From: an uncultured delta proteobacterium
GTDB taxonomy: Bacteria; Desulfobacterota; Binatia; UBA9968
Direction of reading: 5' to 3'
Assembly (NCBI GenBank): GCA_963755715.1
Contig: CAVWLW010000051.1
Span: 1 to 64,000, forward strand
Length of the DNA: 64,000 nt
Shown piece after piece: positions 1 to 9,249 of the stretch. How positions within the stretch are numbered: position 1 is the first letter of the stretch; every line of letters starts with the position of its first letter. The translations under genes and the position numbers were made by a program. The notes under the pieces are model-generated. The model searched no databases. It was not told the origin of the DNA and saw only the letters and a list, made by a program, of their open reading frames with translations.

Positions 1-160
1 AACCATTGTCGATGCCTCGAGGCTGGGCAACCACCTGCCAAGAGAATTTCTGAGCGTCACGCCTTTGTGCACGCTCACTGGGTGCCGCCCCATTCCTTAG
101 GTGAATACCAACAAAGTTGTCGAGGCGGCGGATCGGATCTGAATTGTAAAGCACTCATGT

Positions 161-535
161 TTACGCTTGAAGTGCCTCGATTGCATCGTCGTGGGAGCCG
201 TAAGAGGGAAAAATCAACGAAAACCCGGATGTGTCGAACACTTCTCTGACTGGATCCGGGATACGGTTCAGGGTGTTGTAGGGAATCGTTTTCTTAAACC
301 CGCACAACACTAGCTTGCCGTTCGTGCTATTGAGACGCTTGCCCGCAAGGGCGAACACGCGCAGGCCTGCGCTGCTGATATAATCGAGTTGCGAAAGATC
401 GATGACGAGGCGGCGGTCACCCGATTCTATTCGGCCGAGAATTGTATCCTCAAACGTCTTCGCGGTGGTCGAGTCCAGTCTTCCGGATAGGTTTAGAGTA
501 ACAATGTCCGCCGTCGTGCGCTCGGTAATTTCCAT
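161..535 (-). CDS. STAS-domain anti-sigma-factor antagonist
   Basis: LSGRLD...LVIDLSQLDYISSAGLRVF signature with phosphorylatable Ser. Start placed at MEITERT; an alternative ATG is at 553. Confidence 0.9.
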   Translation of the reverse strand: MEITERTTADIVTLNLSGRLDSTTAKTFEDTILGRIESGDRRLVIDLSQLDYISSAGLRVFALAGKRLNSTNGKLVLCGFKKTIPYNTLNRIPDPVREVFDTSGFSLIFPSYGSHDDAIEALQA

Positions 536-908
536 AATTTGATTCTTTATCATCAGCAGAGGATTTTTCCAGCCCTGGTGCGATATTCTGATCGATGTAT
601 GGCGTCTCCATTAGGTCTATTCCTAAATTTTGAGAAACCGAGTGAAGGTGTTCGCCCGATCATCCGGGTGAGGCAGGGTCCGCGACGGTGAGCGAATGCG
701 GCCGCGTTTTTCCCTGCGCGTTCGGTTCGGGGTCACACTTCTACGACAGAACTATCTTGAAACTTTGCCGCGCGGGAAATGATGAAATCAGTTGCCTTCG
801 AGCATGACCCGATGCAGACGAAGTGGCTCAGGACATGTCTGCGCCTGTCATCGTCGGAGAATTTCAAATACGCTTGGCTAGATTTAGCGTCGCTGATCGC
901 GCCGTTCG

Positions 909-1112
909 TTATCGATTCTGCCGCCATTCGGCCTGCCACAAACGATCCAATTCGCTGGCCACCGCCAGCGGCGGTGCGCCGATCAAAGTTGATCTGCGCT
1001 GGCGATAAACTTTCCCGTACACCACGCCCTGCGCCGCCGAGTAAAGCAACACTGTGTTGTTGTCGGCGCAATCGTGATCCTTGCAGGCGCGCGCCAGCAG
1101 ATACTCGGTGCC
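909..1112 (-). pseudogene. 5'-truncated Ivy-family (inhibitor of vertebrate lysozyme) remnant
   Basis: GTEYLLARACKDHDCADNNTVLLYS matches the Ivy CKPHDC loop. The signal peptide and N-terminal half are absent. Confidence 0.7.
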
Positions 1113-1113
1113 G

Positions 1114-1212
1114 TGCGGCCAATTAAGCTTCGTTTCGGATCTCGCCCGGCAGTTTCGAGAGATCGGCATACCGGCCGACCGGATTATCACCGAAGAGTTC
1201 GAGTTTCGATAA
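1114..1212 (+). pseudogene. 3' remnant of an FNR/ferric-reductase-like NAD(P)-binding oxidoreductase
   Basis: Hand translation CGQLSFVSDLARQFREIGIPADRIITEEFEFR* resembles the FNR-family C-terminus (CG...G.P.+RI..E.F). No start codon. Confidence 0.65.
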
Positions 1213-1252
1213 CCGTCGTAATTACTGCGAACACGGTACAGAAAGAGCGGAG

Positions 1253-1588
1253 CTACCGCAGGCTGTCCAGCGCCTCATCTTTGGAATTTAGTATAGAAAA
1301 AATGGAATAAAAGCCCACGATGTCAAAGACCTGCTTGACCGGTTCCTGTACGGAGCAAAGGACAACTTTACCCCCCGCGGGAGTTAATCGCTTGGACGCG
1401 ACGAGAAAAACCCTGAGTCCCGCGCTGCTGACATAGTCCAGCCGGGAGAGGTCGATAACGATCCGTCTCTCTCCTCCGTCGATTAGCGCAAGGACTTTTT
1501 CTTCAAACATCTTCGAGCTGACGGCGTCGAGCCGTCCTTCGAGACCGAGAACGAGAAAACCGTCTTTTCTCTCTTCGTGGATGTCCAT
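1253..1588 (-). CDS. STAS-domain anti-sigma-factor antagonist
   Basis: LEGRLDA...IDLSRLDYVSSAGLRVFL; start lies just past the RsbW stop. Confidence 0.93.
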   Translation of the reverse strand: MDIHEERKDGFLVLGLEGRLDAVSSKMFEEKVLALIDGGERRIVIDLSRLDYVSSAGLRVFLVASKRLTPAGGKVVLCSVQEPVKQVFDIVGFYSIFSILNSKDEALDSLR

Positions 1589-1590
1589 GG

Positions 1591-2013
1591 TCACGCCCCT
1601 TTTACCTTCAATCTCATAACCAGAATGTTTCTGTCGTTCTGCCTTCGATATTCTAATTCATCGATTAATTTGCGCACGAGATGAATTCCCAAACCCCCTA
1701 TCGGACGCTCTCCCAGCAGTTGCTTCGTGTCGGGCTCAGGGGCGTTGAGTGGATTGAACGGCCTCCCGTCATCTTCTACTTCAACGGTCCATTTTTCTTG
1801 GTCCAGCGAGAGACGAATGACAATGATATGCTCTTTGGCGTCGTCATAGGCGTAAGAGATAATGTTGGTCAGAATCTCGTCCAACGCGAGTTTCATGGTG
1901 TATATGATTTGCGGCTCGATTTGATGGCGTCGCCCGAAATCGTCGACTATGCGCGCGAGCCGCTCAATCTCGGAGAGCTGGTTTTTGAGCTCGACAGCGA
2001 TGACTTCACTCAT
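1591..2013 (-). CDS. RsbW/SpoIIAB-like anti-sigma Ser/Thr kinase (HATPase_c_2)
   Basis: LALDEILTNIISYAY, EDDGRPFNP, GGLGIHLV motifs; ATGA overlap with the upstream phosphatase. Confidence 0.93.
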   Translation of the reverse strand: MSEVIAVELKNQLSEIERLARIVDDFGRRHQIEPQIIYTMKLALDEILTNIISYAYDDAKEHIIVIRLSLDQEKWTVEVEDDGRPFNPLNAPEPDTKQLLGERPIGGLGIHLVRKLIDELEYRRQNDRNILVMRLKVKGA

Positions 2014-3545
2014 GACTGCGCCGCGCTCAGCAAGAATTTCAAGGCCAAGATGGTAATATCGTCCGATTGGGGAGCGCCAGCAGAATGGCGTCTCACTTGA
2101 TCCACCGCGCCGCGGATGATTTCCGTCGCCGAAGAACCGTTCGCCTGCTGCAGAAACTCCTCCAAACGAGGCTCGGAAAACTGATTTTCTCCCTCATCCA
2201 TCGCTTCGGTCACGCCGTCCGTGTAAAGAAAAAGTCCATCCCCCGCCCGAAGCATGATTTTCTCCGACCGATAGGTCACATCCTCCGTAAAACCCAGCGC
2301 CATCCCGCCGGTATTCCTCAAAGGCCGAGTTTCAGCATGGCTGACAAAGTAGGGAAGATTGTGGCCGCCATTGCTGTATTCCACCTCTCCCGTGCGAATG
2401 TCCAAAATGGCGCAAAAAACGGTGACGAACATGCATGATTCATTGCCGCGACACAACTCGCGATTCAACAAAAATAAGATTTCATCCGGCCGGCTCACTC
2501 TAACGGCTGTAGTCCTAAACAGGGTTGTGGTCACGGCCATAAACAAAGATGCTGGAACCCCTTTGCCGGATACATCGCCGATGGCGAAACAGAGGCGGTT
2601 GTCATCGATGAAAAAGAAATCATAAAAGTCTCCCCCCACTTCCCGTGCCGGAACCAGCGTCGCATAAAGGTCAAACTCGGGCCTGAGCGGAAACGGAGGA
2701 AATAGCTTCGGCACCATGCTCATCTGGATCTCGCGGGCAATTTTCAGCTCGCTTTCAATCCGTTCTTTGGCTGCCGTGGTCTCCTTCAGTTCTCTGACGG
2801 ACTGCCTTAGAGCGTGCTCCATGGTGATGAAGGACTCGGCCAGTTCCCCCACCTCATCACGGGATTTTTTGGGCAAGCCGTCGATGTCCGATGGCCCGGT
2901 CACCGGTTCGGAAAAGTCCTGAGTCGCCAATTTTCCAGCATGAGCCGCGAGTTGCTTGAGCGGTTGAGAGATCCGGTTCACTAACGCATAAGCAACTAGC
3001 ACGCTCAATAAAAAAATCGCAAACATGAGCCCCTGCTGAGTCGCTACAGCAGACCAAATGCGCGAACGGATCAATGACCGGTCCATGCCCACATGCACAT
3101 ATCCTGCGACGCCCGCCAGTATCGGGTAGCTGATATCCAGGAAGTCTCCCATTCCTTCAACGCGCAAGTTGTTCGTAAGAGATCCGCCGTTAAAGCTATG
3201 AGTTCTAGTTTGTCTTTGTAGCTCCAGCACATCCCCCGGAACGGCGGGAACAAAGGTATGAGATACGGGCTCGCCTTGGCCGTCGAAGACGATCACATAG
3301 GAGACTCCCTCGATCTCGGTGAACTGGTCCACCACGGACTGGATCGTCGACACATCCGCATTCAATAACAGTTCCACGCTCGAATCGGCGATGCTCTTGG
3401 CAATCGCCACGCCTTTGCTTTGATACTCTTGGGTAAGGTTCCGGTAGAGGTTCCAGCCCGATAGAATCGAGGTGGCGCAGGCAATGATGCCGAACAAAAC
3501 AACGATGAGGACGAGGGTCTTGGTAAAGAGACTCGCCCGGGTCAT
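2010..3545 (-). CDS. Membrane HAMP-SpoIIE/RsbU PP2C phosphatase
   Basis: Two TM segments, periplasmic domain, HAMP (DEVGELAESF), VGGDFYD, GDVSGKG, YTDGVTEA, SDDIT; ATGA overlap at 3542-3545. Confidence 0.93.
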   Translation of the reverse strand: MTRASLFTKTLVLIVVLFGIIACATSILSGWNLYRNLTQEYQSKGVAIAKSIADSSVELLLNADVSTIQSVVDQFTEIEGVSYVIVFDGQGEPVSHTFVPAVPGDVLELQRQTRTHSFNGGSLTNNLRVEGMGDFLDISYPILAGVAGYVHVGMDRSLIRSRIWSAVATQQGLMFAIFLLSVLVAYALVNRISQPLKQLAAHAGKLATQDFSEPVTGPSDIDGLPKKSRDEVGELAESFITMEHALRQSVRELKETTAAKERIESELKIAREIQMSMVPKLFPPFPLRPEFDLYATLVPAREVGGDFYDFFFIDDNRLCFAIGDVSGKGVPASLFMAVTTTLFRTTAVRVSRPDEILFLLNRELCRGNESCMFVTVFCAILDIRTGEVEYSNGGHNLPYFVSHAETRPLRNTGGMALGFTEDVTYRSEKIMLRAGDGLFLYTDGVTEAMDEGENQFSEPRLEEFLQQANGSSATEIIRGAVDQVRRHSAGAPQSDDITILALKFLLSAAQS

Positions 3546-4774
3546 TTCTTCCACCCCCGCCAATCCGACAGCGGAACAAACCTGTCCCCTTTCATTGTGG
3601 TGTAATAGACCCTGTCCAGCCCCTGATGCTTATGCGGTCCGAAAGTAACCGGCGCATCGATTCCCAAATCGGCACTTTTGATGCTTTCGACGATTCCTTT
3701 GATGCGGCTTTTTGTTAGACCTGGTCCCATTCGTTTTAAGACTTCAACGAGAAGTTTTGCGTTAAGAAAACCCTCGAAACCGACATAGCTTTCGGCTAGC
3801 GGTGCATATCCCACATCGGTAAGCTCCCGAGGCGGGAGCGGTTGGTATTTATCCATCAGCTGCCGATATTCCCGCACCGCCGGCAGAGCGGTATCCTGGG
3901 GACTGGGCACCACCTGCGAATTGACGAGATCTTTATTATAGTCATGGCCCGTGGTCCGACTGCTTTGAAGCAATAGCTCAGCCATGGGATAACTGCCTGC
4001 AAAAGAAACATTCGCGATCGGAATCTGCATCCCCGCGTCCCGAGCATCTCTGATAAACGCGGCGCAGCCCGCGTAAGCACCTATGGAAATAATCACATCG
4101 GGCGACACTTTGCGGATGATATCAACCTGTTCTTTGAAACTCTGATGGTATTCTGCTCCTCTCCGATAGGTCGCCTCGCCGACCATTTTTAGACCGAACT
4201 TCGCCAGAGCTTTCTTGACGCCGTCCCATCCGCTTCTGCCATAGGCATCGGCTTGATAGAAAACTGCGATTCTACTTCTGCCGGTGGAGACAAAGTGATC
4301 GACCAACCCCTGGGTTTCATCGCGATACGAAGCCCGCAAATTAAAAACAAATTCGCCGTAGGGAGGCTGCCTGAGCGACTCGGCTCCGGTAAACGGAGAA
4401 AAGAGATAGACGAACTTTTCTTTGTAGCTCTTTAAGAGGGGCAGGATCCGCGTCACTGTCGGGGTCCCGACATAATTGAAAAGTAGAAAAGCGTTGTCCT
4501 GCTCAATGAGTTTTATGGTGTTTCGAATGGCAGGGATGGGGTTATAGCCGTCATCGTAGGCCTTGATGATGATCTTCTGGCCGTGAATTCCTCCCGTGCG
4601 ATTGACATGCTCGAGATAGGCGGTCGAACCCCGGTAAAGCTCGATGCCGAGGCCTTTTGAGGGTCCGCTAAATGCCGCGGACATGCCGATCACGATGTCT
4701 TCAGCAAGAAGTCTCTCGGGAAGAAACAAGAGAAGGATCAAAAAAATGATGGGCCGAATTCGATCGTCGCTCAT
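3542..4774 (-). CDS. Periplasmic substrate-binding protein, LivJ/Peripla_BP_6 family
   Basis: Signal peptide; IGMSAAFSGP, YDDGYNP, VGTPT, FNLRASY motifs. Confidence 0.88.
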   Translation of the reverse strand: MSDDRIRPIIFLILLLFLPERLLAEDIVIGMSAAFSGPSKGLGIELYRGSTAYLEHVNRTGGIHGQKIIIKAYDDGYNPIPAIRNTIKLIEQDNAFLLFNYVGTPTVTRILPLLKSYKEKFVYLFSPFTGAESLRQPPYGEFVFNLRASYRDETQGLVDHFVSTGRSRIAVFYQADAYGRSGWDGVKKALAKFGLKMVGEATYRRGAEYHQSFKEQVDIIRKVSPDVIISIGAYAGCAAFIRDARDAGMQIPIANVSFAGSYPMAELLLQSSRTTGHDYNKDLVNSQVVPSPQDTALPAVREYRQLMDKYQPLPPRELTDVGYAPLAESYVGFEGFLNAKLLVEVLKRMGPGLTKSRIKGIVESIKSADLGIDAPVTFGPHKHQGLDRVYYTTMKGDRFVPLSDWRGWKK

Positions 4775-4784
4775 GCGCGGCCAA

Positions 4785-6530
4785 CTAAATTGACTGGAGC
4801 GCTGGTAGTCTCATGACGAATTCGGCACCGCCACTATCTTGGTTGCATTCGAGGCTGCCGCCGAGCCACCCGAGCGTTCTGTTGTAGAGATCAAGGCGGC
4901 GTTTGCCGAACGCAGCCGGATCCATCCGTTCCCGGCTTGAAAGTCGAATCTCCACCTGGCCCGACGCCACACGCGTGGCAATATTGATGCGTTTCACGCC
5001 GACCCCCGCCATTCCTTCCAGCAAGTTGGTCAATAGGTCGTCAAGTCGCTCCGCTCCTATGTTTGCGTTCGTTTCCTGCGGTGCGGGCGTGAATTCGAAA
5101 TCGATATTTCTCAGTCGCGAATGCGTGTCCAACCGGCGCGTGAGGGCCTGTAGAAAAGCTTGGTCATCGTCGACCGCTTCCATCAAATCGTTGGATTGCG
5201 CTGATTGAGCTCCCTTGGCCCGTTTCAACAGCTCCGCGATCACTTCGTTTGCGGCTTTCGGTTGCTCCGTCCGGAGAAATTGTAGGCCGTGCACGAGGCT
5301 CAGGAAGTCCAGGAGCCGTCGCTGGGCTCGGTCAACGAGGTGGAAGTTCAGGATTTGCTGCACATGCTCTGCGGCAAGGATCAGTCTCAGTGACCTGGCG
5401 ACCTGCACCCCCTTGAGCACTACGGTCCATTCGGGTACGGCGCTAGTGTTGAACGCTTCCGCCATGCGGCGAAAGTCGGACAGGATGCCGTCGATCCGGT
5501 CAATATCCAAGGCCGCAAGAATGCGCCCGGCCGCGCTCTCCTCCTCGAGCAAGGATAGATAGTAGGAGATTGTGTACAGGCGGCCGGAAAAGATTGTCAA
5601 CAGCGCTGTCGTTTCTTCCAGCAGTTCATCCACGTAGATCTTGAGAGCGCTGATGCGTTCGGCGTCCAAGAGCGGGACATCGGTCAGATCGGAGGCCTCG
5701 GCTTCCATCATCCGGAACTTTTCCCGCATGCTTTGCGCCGAAATACAGTAACCGTGGCCGGGACAGCAGACTGCCATTTCGGATGTTTCGAGAAGCCAAT
5801 TCACCTTGTGCAAGCTTTGCAATAGATCGGCATGGTTCCAACCGTTGAGGCCACACACCCCGGGATTGGAGGCAAAGGGCAAATCCCCAAGAATAAGTAA
5901 CGATCCAACTCGCAGCGATATGCTGCAAGGCGAATGCCCGGGGGTATGATAGATCTCAAGCCGATTGCCGTCACCGAGTAACAGCCATTGGCGTTGCAGC
6001 GTTGCGCCATCGGGCATTGCGATTGGCTCTGTATGTAATTCGATTCGTCGACCATCTTCCAGTTCGAGTGCTGATGGCTCGGATTCAGGGCTTGAGCGAA
6101 ATAAGATTCCCTCGAATGGCGCGGCGCATATGCCGGGGTTCCCTAGGTAAAGATAAGCAACCGTCAAGTTGGGGTCTCGGTTTTTCATCGCTTCGACTCC
6201 CGCCTGGTGGGCGAAGCGCTTGATTTCTATTCCCGTCGGAAGCTCGAGACCGCCTGCCTCCTGCGAGTGGTCTTGATGGCAATGAGTAAGGAAGACGAGA
6301 ACGGGGCGCGGCGCTAGCGCCAAGGCATCGGTTAGAACTCGGCTTATCTGCCGCGTTTGCTCCCGGTTGGCGCCGGGATCGACGACGACCAGCGCGTCTC
6401 GGGCAGAGAAGATGAAACAATTTGAGGAAATACAGTTGGTCTTGGGGATGATCGGAAAGATTTCGACGGAATCGGCACCAGGTACTCGTTGCCAGATGTT
6501 TGCTTCGATCTTAATGCTAGAGTCGCCCAT
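4785..6530 (-). CDS. Metallo-beta-lactamase-fold hydrolase fused to a degenerate HATPase-like C-terminal domain
   Basis: THCHQDH, HTPGHS, GD, PGHG metal motifs; C-terminal LLTNLLE...LGGSLEC...GGAEFVMRLP resembles a histidine-kinase tail. Confidence 0.8.
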   Translation of the reverse strand: MGDSSIKIEANIWQRVPGADSVEIFPIIPKTNCISSNCFIFSARDALVVVDPGANREQTRQISRVLTDALALAPRPVLVFLTHCHQDHSQEAGGLELPTGIEIKRFAHQAGVEAMKNRDPNLTVAYLYLGNPGICAAPFEGILFRSSPESEPSALELEDGRRIELHTEPIAMPDGATLQRQWLLLGDGNRLEIYHTPGHSPCSISLRVGSLLILGDLPFASNPGVCGLNGWNHADLLQSLHKVNWLLETSEMAVCCPGHGYCISAQSMREKFRMMEAEASDLTDVPLLDAERISALKIYVDELLEETTALLTIFSGRLYTISYYLSLLEEESAAGRILAALDIDRIDGILSDFRRMAEAFNTSAVPEWTVVLKGVQVARSLRLILAAEHVQQILNFHLVDRAQRRLLDFLSLVHGLQFLRTEQPKAANEVIAELLKRAKGAQSAQSNDLMEAVDDDQAFLQALTRRLDTHSRLRNIDFEFTPAPQETNANIGAERLDDLLTNLLEGMAGVGVKRINIATRVASGQVEIRLSSRERMDPAAFGKRRLDLYNRTLGWLGGSLECNQDSGGAEFVMRLPALQSI

Positions 6531-6554
6531 AGCGCTGGTTTTCTCTTGACGGGG

Positions 6555-6869
6555 TCACGAGTTCACATCAATGAATGATGTGAAACCCGCTAGATTTAAG
6601 AGACTATGGATTTGTTGCGGGACGTTTAGGAGTCGCAGGCGTTCGCCGCGTTTTTGCAGCGCCTTGGCGGCTAGCAGGAAGACGCGCATGCCGGCACTGC
6701 TTAGGTACGAAACCTGTGCCAGATCGAGCTGCACCGCTCCGCTTGAGCTTTCAACCGCTCGCAGCAACGGTTCCTGTAGAGAGGCGGCCGTAGTGCTATC
6801 CACCGGCCCGACAGCGCGGAGAACTACAGTCGACTCCAAATGCTCAAGCGTGACTTTCAGCTCTTCCAT
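6555..6869 (-). CDS. STAS-domain anti-sigma-factor antagonist
   Basis: LDLAQVSYLSSAGMRVFL; AGGGG RBS before ATG at 6869. Confidence 0.9.
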   Translation of the reverse strand: MEELKVTLEHLESTVVLRAVGPVDSTTAASLQEPLLRAVESSSGAVQLDLAQVSYLSSAGMRVFLLAAKALQKRGERLRLLNVPQQIHSLLNLAGFTSFIDVNS

Positions 6870-7120
6870 CACTTGTCCCCTAGTTATTATTGGGAATTGG
6901 ATGTTATCGAAATCGGCAGCAGATATCCAGGTCTGTCCGTAAGCCAAGGCCGAGGTGACATAACGATTTGTTATCGGATGCCCTTCGCCCAAAATGGGTT
7001 GACCGATAATTCAACAGTCCTGGTGGTGGTTGAGCGGATGACGGATCTGCTCGCGGCGTCCCCGGCGCGGAGTTGAAAGGGGATTGGGAGAATGAAAGCC
7101 AGCAGCAAAAGCAACGGTAA

Positions 7121-7300
7121 CTATTTTTTTTTGGCGCGCAGCTGTTCGATCAGCACCGTGATTTCCTCCAGGCGCGTTTTCACTTCGGCCTCCGCTTTTC
7201 GCAGTTCTTCGGGCGCTGCGCCTTTATCGACCGCATCCTCGAAGGCCGTCACGGCAACGCCAAACACTTTCAGCACGCGTCGCGTTTCATCGGTGGGCAT
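7121..7300 (-). CDS. 59-aa helical hypothetical protein (below ORF-track cutoff)
   Basis: AGGAGG RBS, then MPTDETRRVLKVFGVAVTAFEDAVDKGAAPEELRKAEAEVKTRLEEITVLIEQLRAKKK*. Confidence 0.8.
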   Translation of the reverse strand: MPTDETRRVLKVFGVAVTAFEDAVDKGAAPEELRKAEAEVKTRLEEITVLIEQLRAKKK

Positions 7301-7322
7301 GGCTCCTCCTTGATGTTAAAAA

Positions 7323-7425
7323 AATGCAAAATTCAAAGTGCAAATTGACAAATGAAAAATGATCGGACGGGGCTCCCGGACAGCTCTCGGTCTCAATTTG
7401 CATTTTGCACTTTTCATTTTGCATT
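7323..7425. repeat. Imperfect inverted repeat built from AAAATGC-like heptamers
   Basis: AATGCAAAATTCAAAGTGCAAATTGA ... TCAATTTGCATTTTGCACTTTTCATTTTGCATT around a GC-rich spacer. Confidence 0.8.
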
Positions 7426-7452
7426 GGGCTCAAGACCAAACCCAAAAGCTGA

Positions 7453-9246
7453 TTATAGCGAAATCCCCAGTTCGTTTAATTTTTCATCCGGAATAAATCC
7501 GTTGTCATCCCATCCTCTTGCTCGGTAATAGCCGCCAATCATCTGGCGAAGTTCGTTGGCGCTTAAGCCAACACCCTGGGCGACGCCGGTGGGCAGGGTT
7601 TCGCTGAGCAGCCGCTCGGGCAGCCAGTCGTCCGCGGCGCGCCAGCCCTCGCGCAGGTTGAAAAGTTTCTTTAAGTTGTGGATGCGCTCGCCGATGCGTT
7701 TTAGCTCAGCGCCGGAACAGTCCCAGCCGGTGACTTTGCTGAGCAGCGCTGCGCCCTCGCCATAAAAATCGCTGAAGCACTTGCGCAGGAACTTGCAGAC
7801 GATCAGCGAGTCGAGCACGGCGGCGTAATCCTCGGAAGCGGCGACGATGGCGCCCCTGCCGGGGTCCGCTTGCAGACGATCGACGTCGCCGGAAAAGTCG
7901 GCTTCGTAGGCGCCGGAGCGATTGTGGCAGGCGCCGCGCGGGCTAACCGCTAGACCCAACGCCATGGTTTTCAAGCTGCGCGGCTCGTAGCCGGGCAGCT
8001 CCAATCCCTTGACGTGCATCGCCCAATATTCGCTGGCGTTGCCGACTTCAATGGCGGCCCGCCGCGAACCTTCCGCCAACAACGCGCCCAGGCCGCGCCG
8101 TTCCGCGATCGCGGGAATGATCGCGAGCAGATCATCCGCTTGTCCGAAGCGAAGCTTTTGGGTTTGCGGCAACAATCCTCTCTCGCTGCATTCCATCGCC
8201 CAGGCCACGGTGCCGCCGGCGCTGATCGTGTCCATGCCATAATGGTCGCAGAGTTGAGCGGCGCGCAGCACCGCATCAGGATTCTCAATACCGCAGAGCG
8301 GCCCCAGGGCGAACAGAGTTTCATACTCTAGGCGCTGTTCTTCGCCGTTGAGGGTCTTAAATAGCCGCTCACATTGGATCGTGCAGGCGGCGCAACCATG
8401 GCGGCGGCTGAAATTATTTTCCGTCAAGGTTTCCCCGCTCAGGGCTGTGGCTTGATCGAAGGTCGATTGCTGAAAATTGCGCGTCGGCAAAACCCCGAGT
8501 CGATCGAAAACTGCGAGATTGGCGACGGTGCCGATCTTGCGATATTTGTCGGTGAGCGAGCTCAAGCTTCGCTCGCGTAACGCTTCGGCGATCCCGTCGA
8601 CGCCCGTCGGATCGGCCACCGTGGTGGTACGATCGCCCCACAACGCGATGGCTTTCAGATTCTTCGATCCCATGACCGCACCGACACCGCCGCGGCCGGC
8701 ATGGCGCCCCTCGTTGCTGATCGTGGCGAAGCGTACTAAATTTTCGCCGGCTTTGCCGATGGCGGCAACGCGCGCCGCGGGTGCGGTGAGTTCGGTTCGG
8801 ATCGCGGCTTCAGTGTCGCCGGGGCTCCTACCGCGCAGGTGTTCGGCGCTGAGGATCTCCACTTTGTCATCGCAGATAAAAATGTAAGCCATGGCGGCGG
8901 CTTGACCGGTGATGATGAGCGCATCGACACCGAGCCGCTTAAGCTCAAGAGCGAAGTGACTGGAAGAAAGCGAATCGGCGATAAATCCGGTGAGGGGAGA
9001 CTTGGTGACGACCGCATACTTCGCGGTCGTGGTCAGCCCGGTGCCAACCAGCGGCGCGCTGGTGAAGATCAATGGATTGGCAGCGGAGAAGGGATCGACT
9101 GCCGGCGGGGCAAATTCGTAGAGCAAGCTCGTGCCGAGACCGATGCCGCCCAGAAACGCTCGAAGACGCGCCTCGTCGAGATCAACCCACGAGCTTCGCC
9201 CGGTACTCAGATCGATATGGAGCAGGCGGCCGTGAAATCCGTACAT
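7453..9246 (-). CDS. aor: Aldehyde:ferredoxin oxidoreductase (AOR/WOR family, tungstopterin)
   Basis: GRGGVGAVMGSKNLKAI, GCAACTIQC, EYET, DHYGMDTIS, RGACH. Confidence 0.93.
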   Translation of the reverse strand: MYGFHGRLLHIDLSTGRSSWVDLDEARLRAFLGGIGLGTSLLYEFAPPAVDPFSAANPLIFTSAPLVGTGLTTTAKYAVVTKSPLTGFIADSLSSSHFALELKRLGVDALIITGQAAAMAYIFICDDKVEILSAEHLRGRSPGDTEAAIRTELTAPAARVAAIGKAGENLVRFATISNEGRHAGRGGVGAVMGSKNLKAIALWGDRTTTVADPTGVDGIAEALRERSLSSLTDKYRKIGTVANLAVFDRLGVLPTRNFQQSTFDQATALSGETLTENNFSRRHGCAACTIQCERLFKTLNGEEQRLEYETLFALGPLCGIENPDAVLRAAQLCDHYGMDTISAGGTVAWAMECSERGLLPQTQKLRFGQADDLLAIIPAIAERRGLGALLAEGSRRAAIEVGNASEYWAMHVKGLELPGYEPRSLKTMALGLAVSPRGACHNRSGAYEADFSGDVDRLQADPGRGAIVAASEDYAAVLDSLIVCKFLRKCFSDFYGEGAALLSKVTGWDCSGAELKRIGERIHNLKKLFNLREGWRAADDWLPERLLSETLPTGVAQGVGLSANELRQMIGGYYRARGWDDNGFIPDEKLNELGISL

Positions 9247-9249
9247 CTC

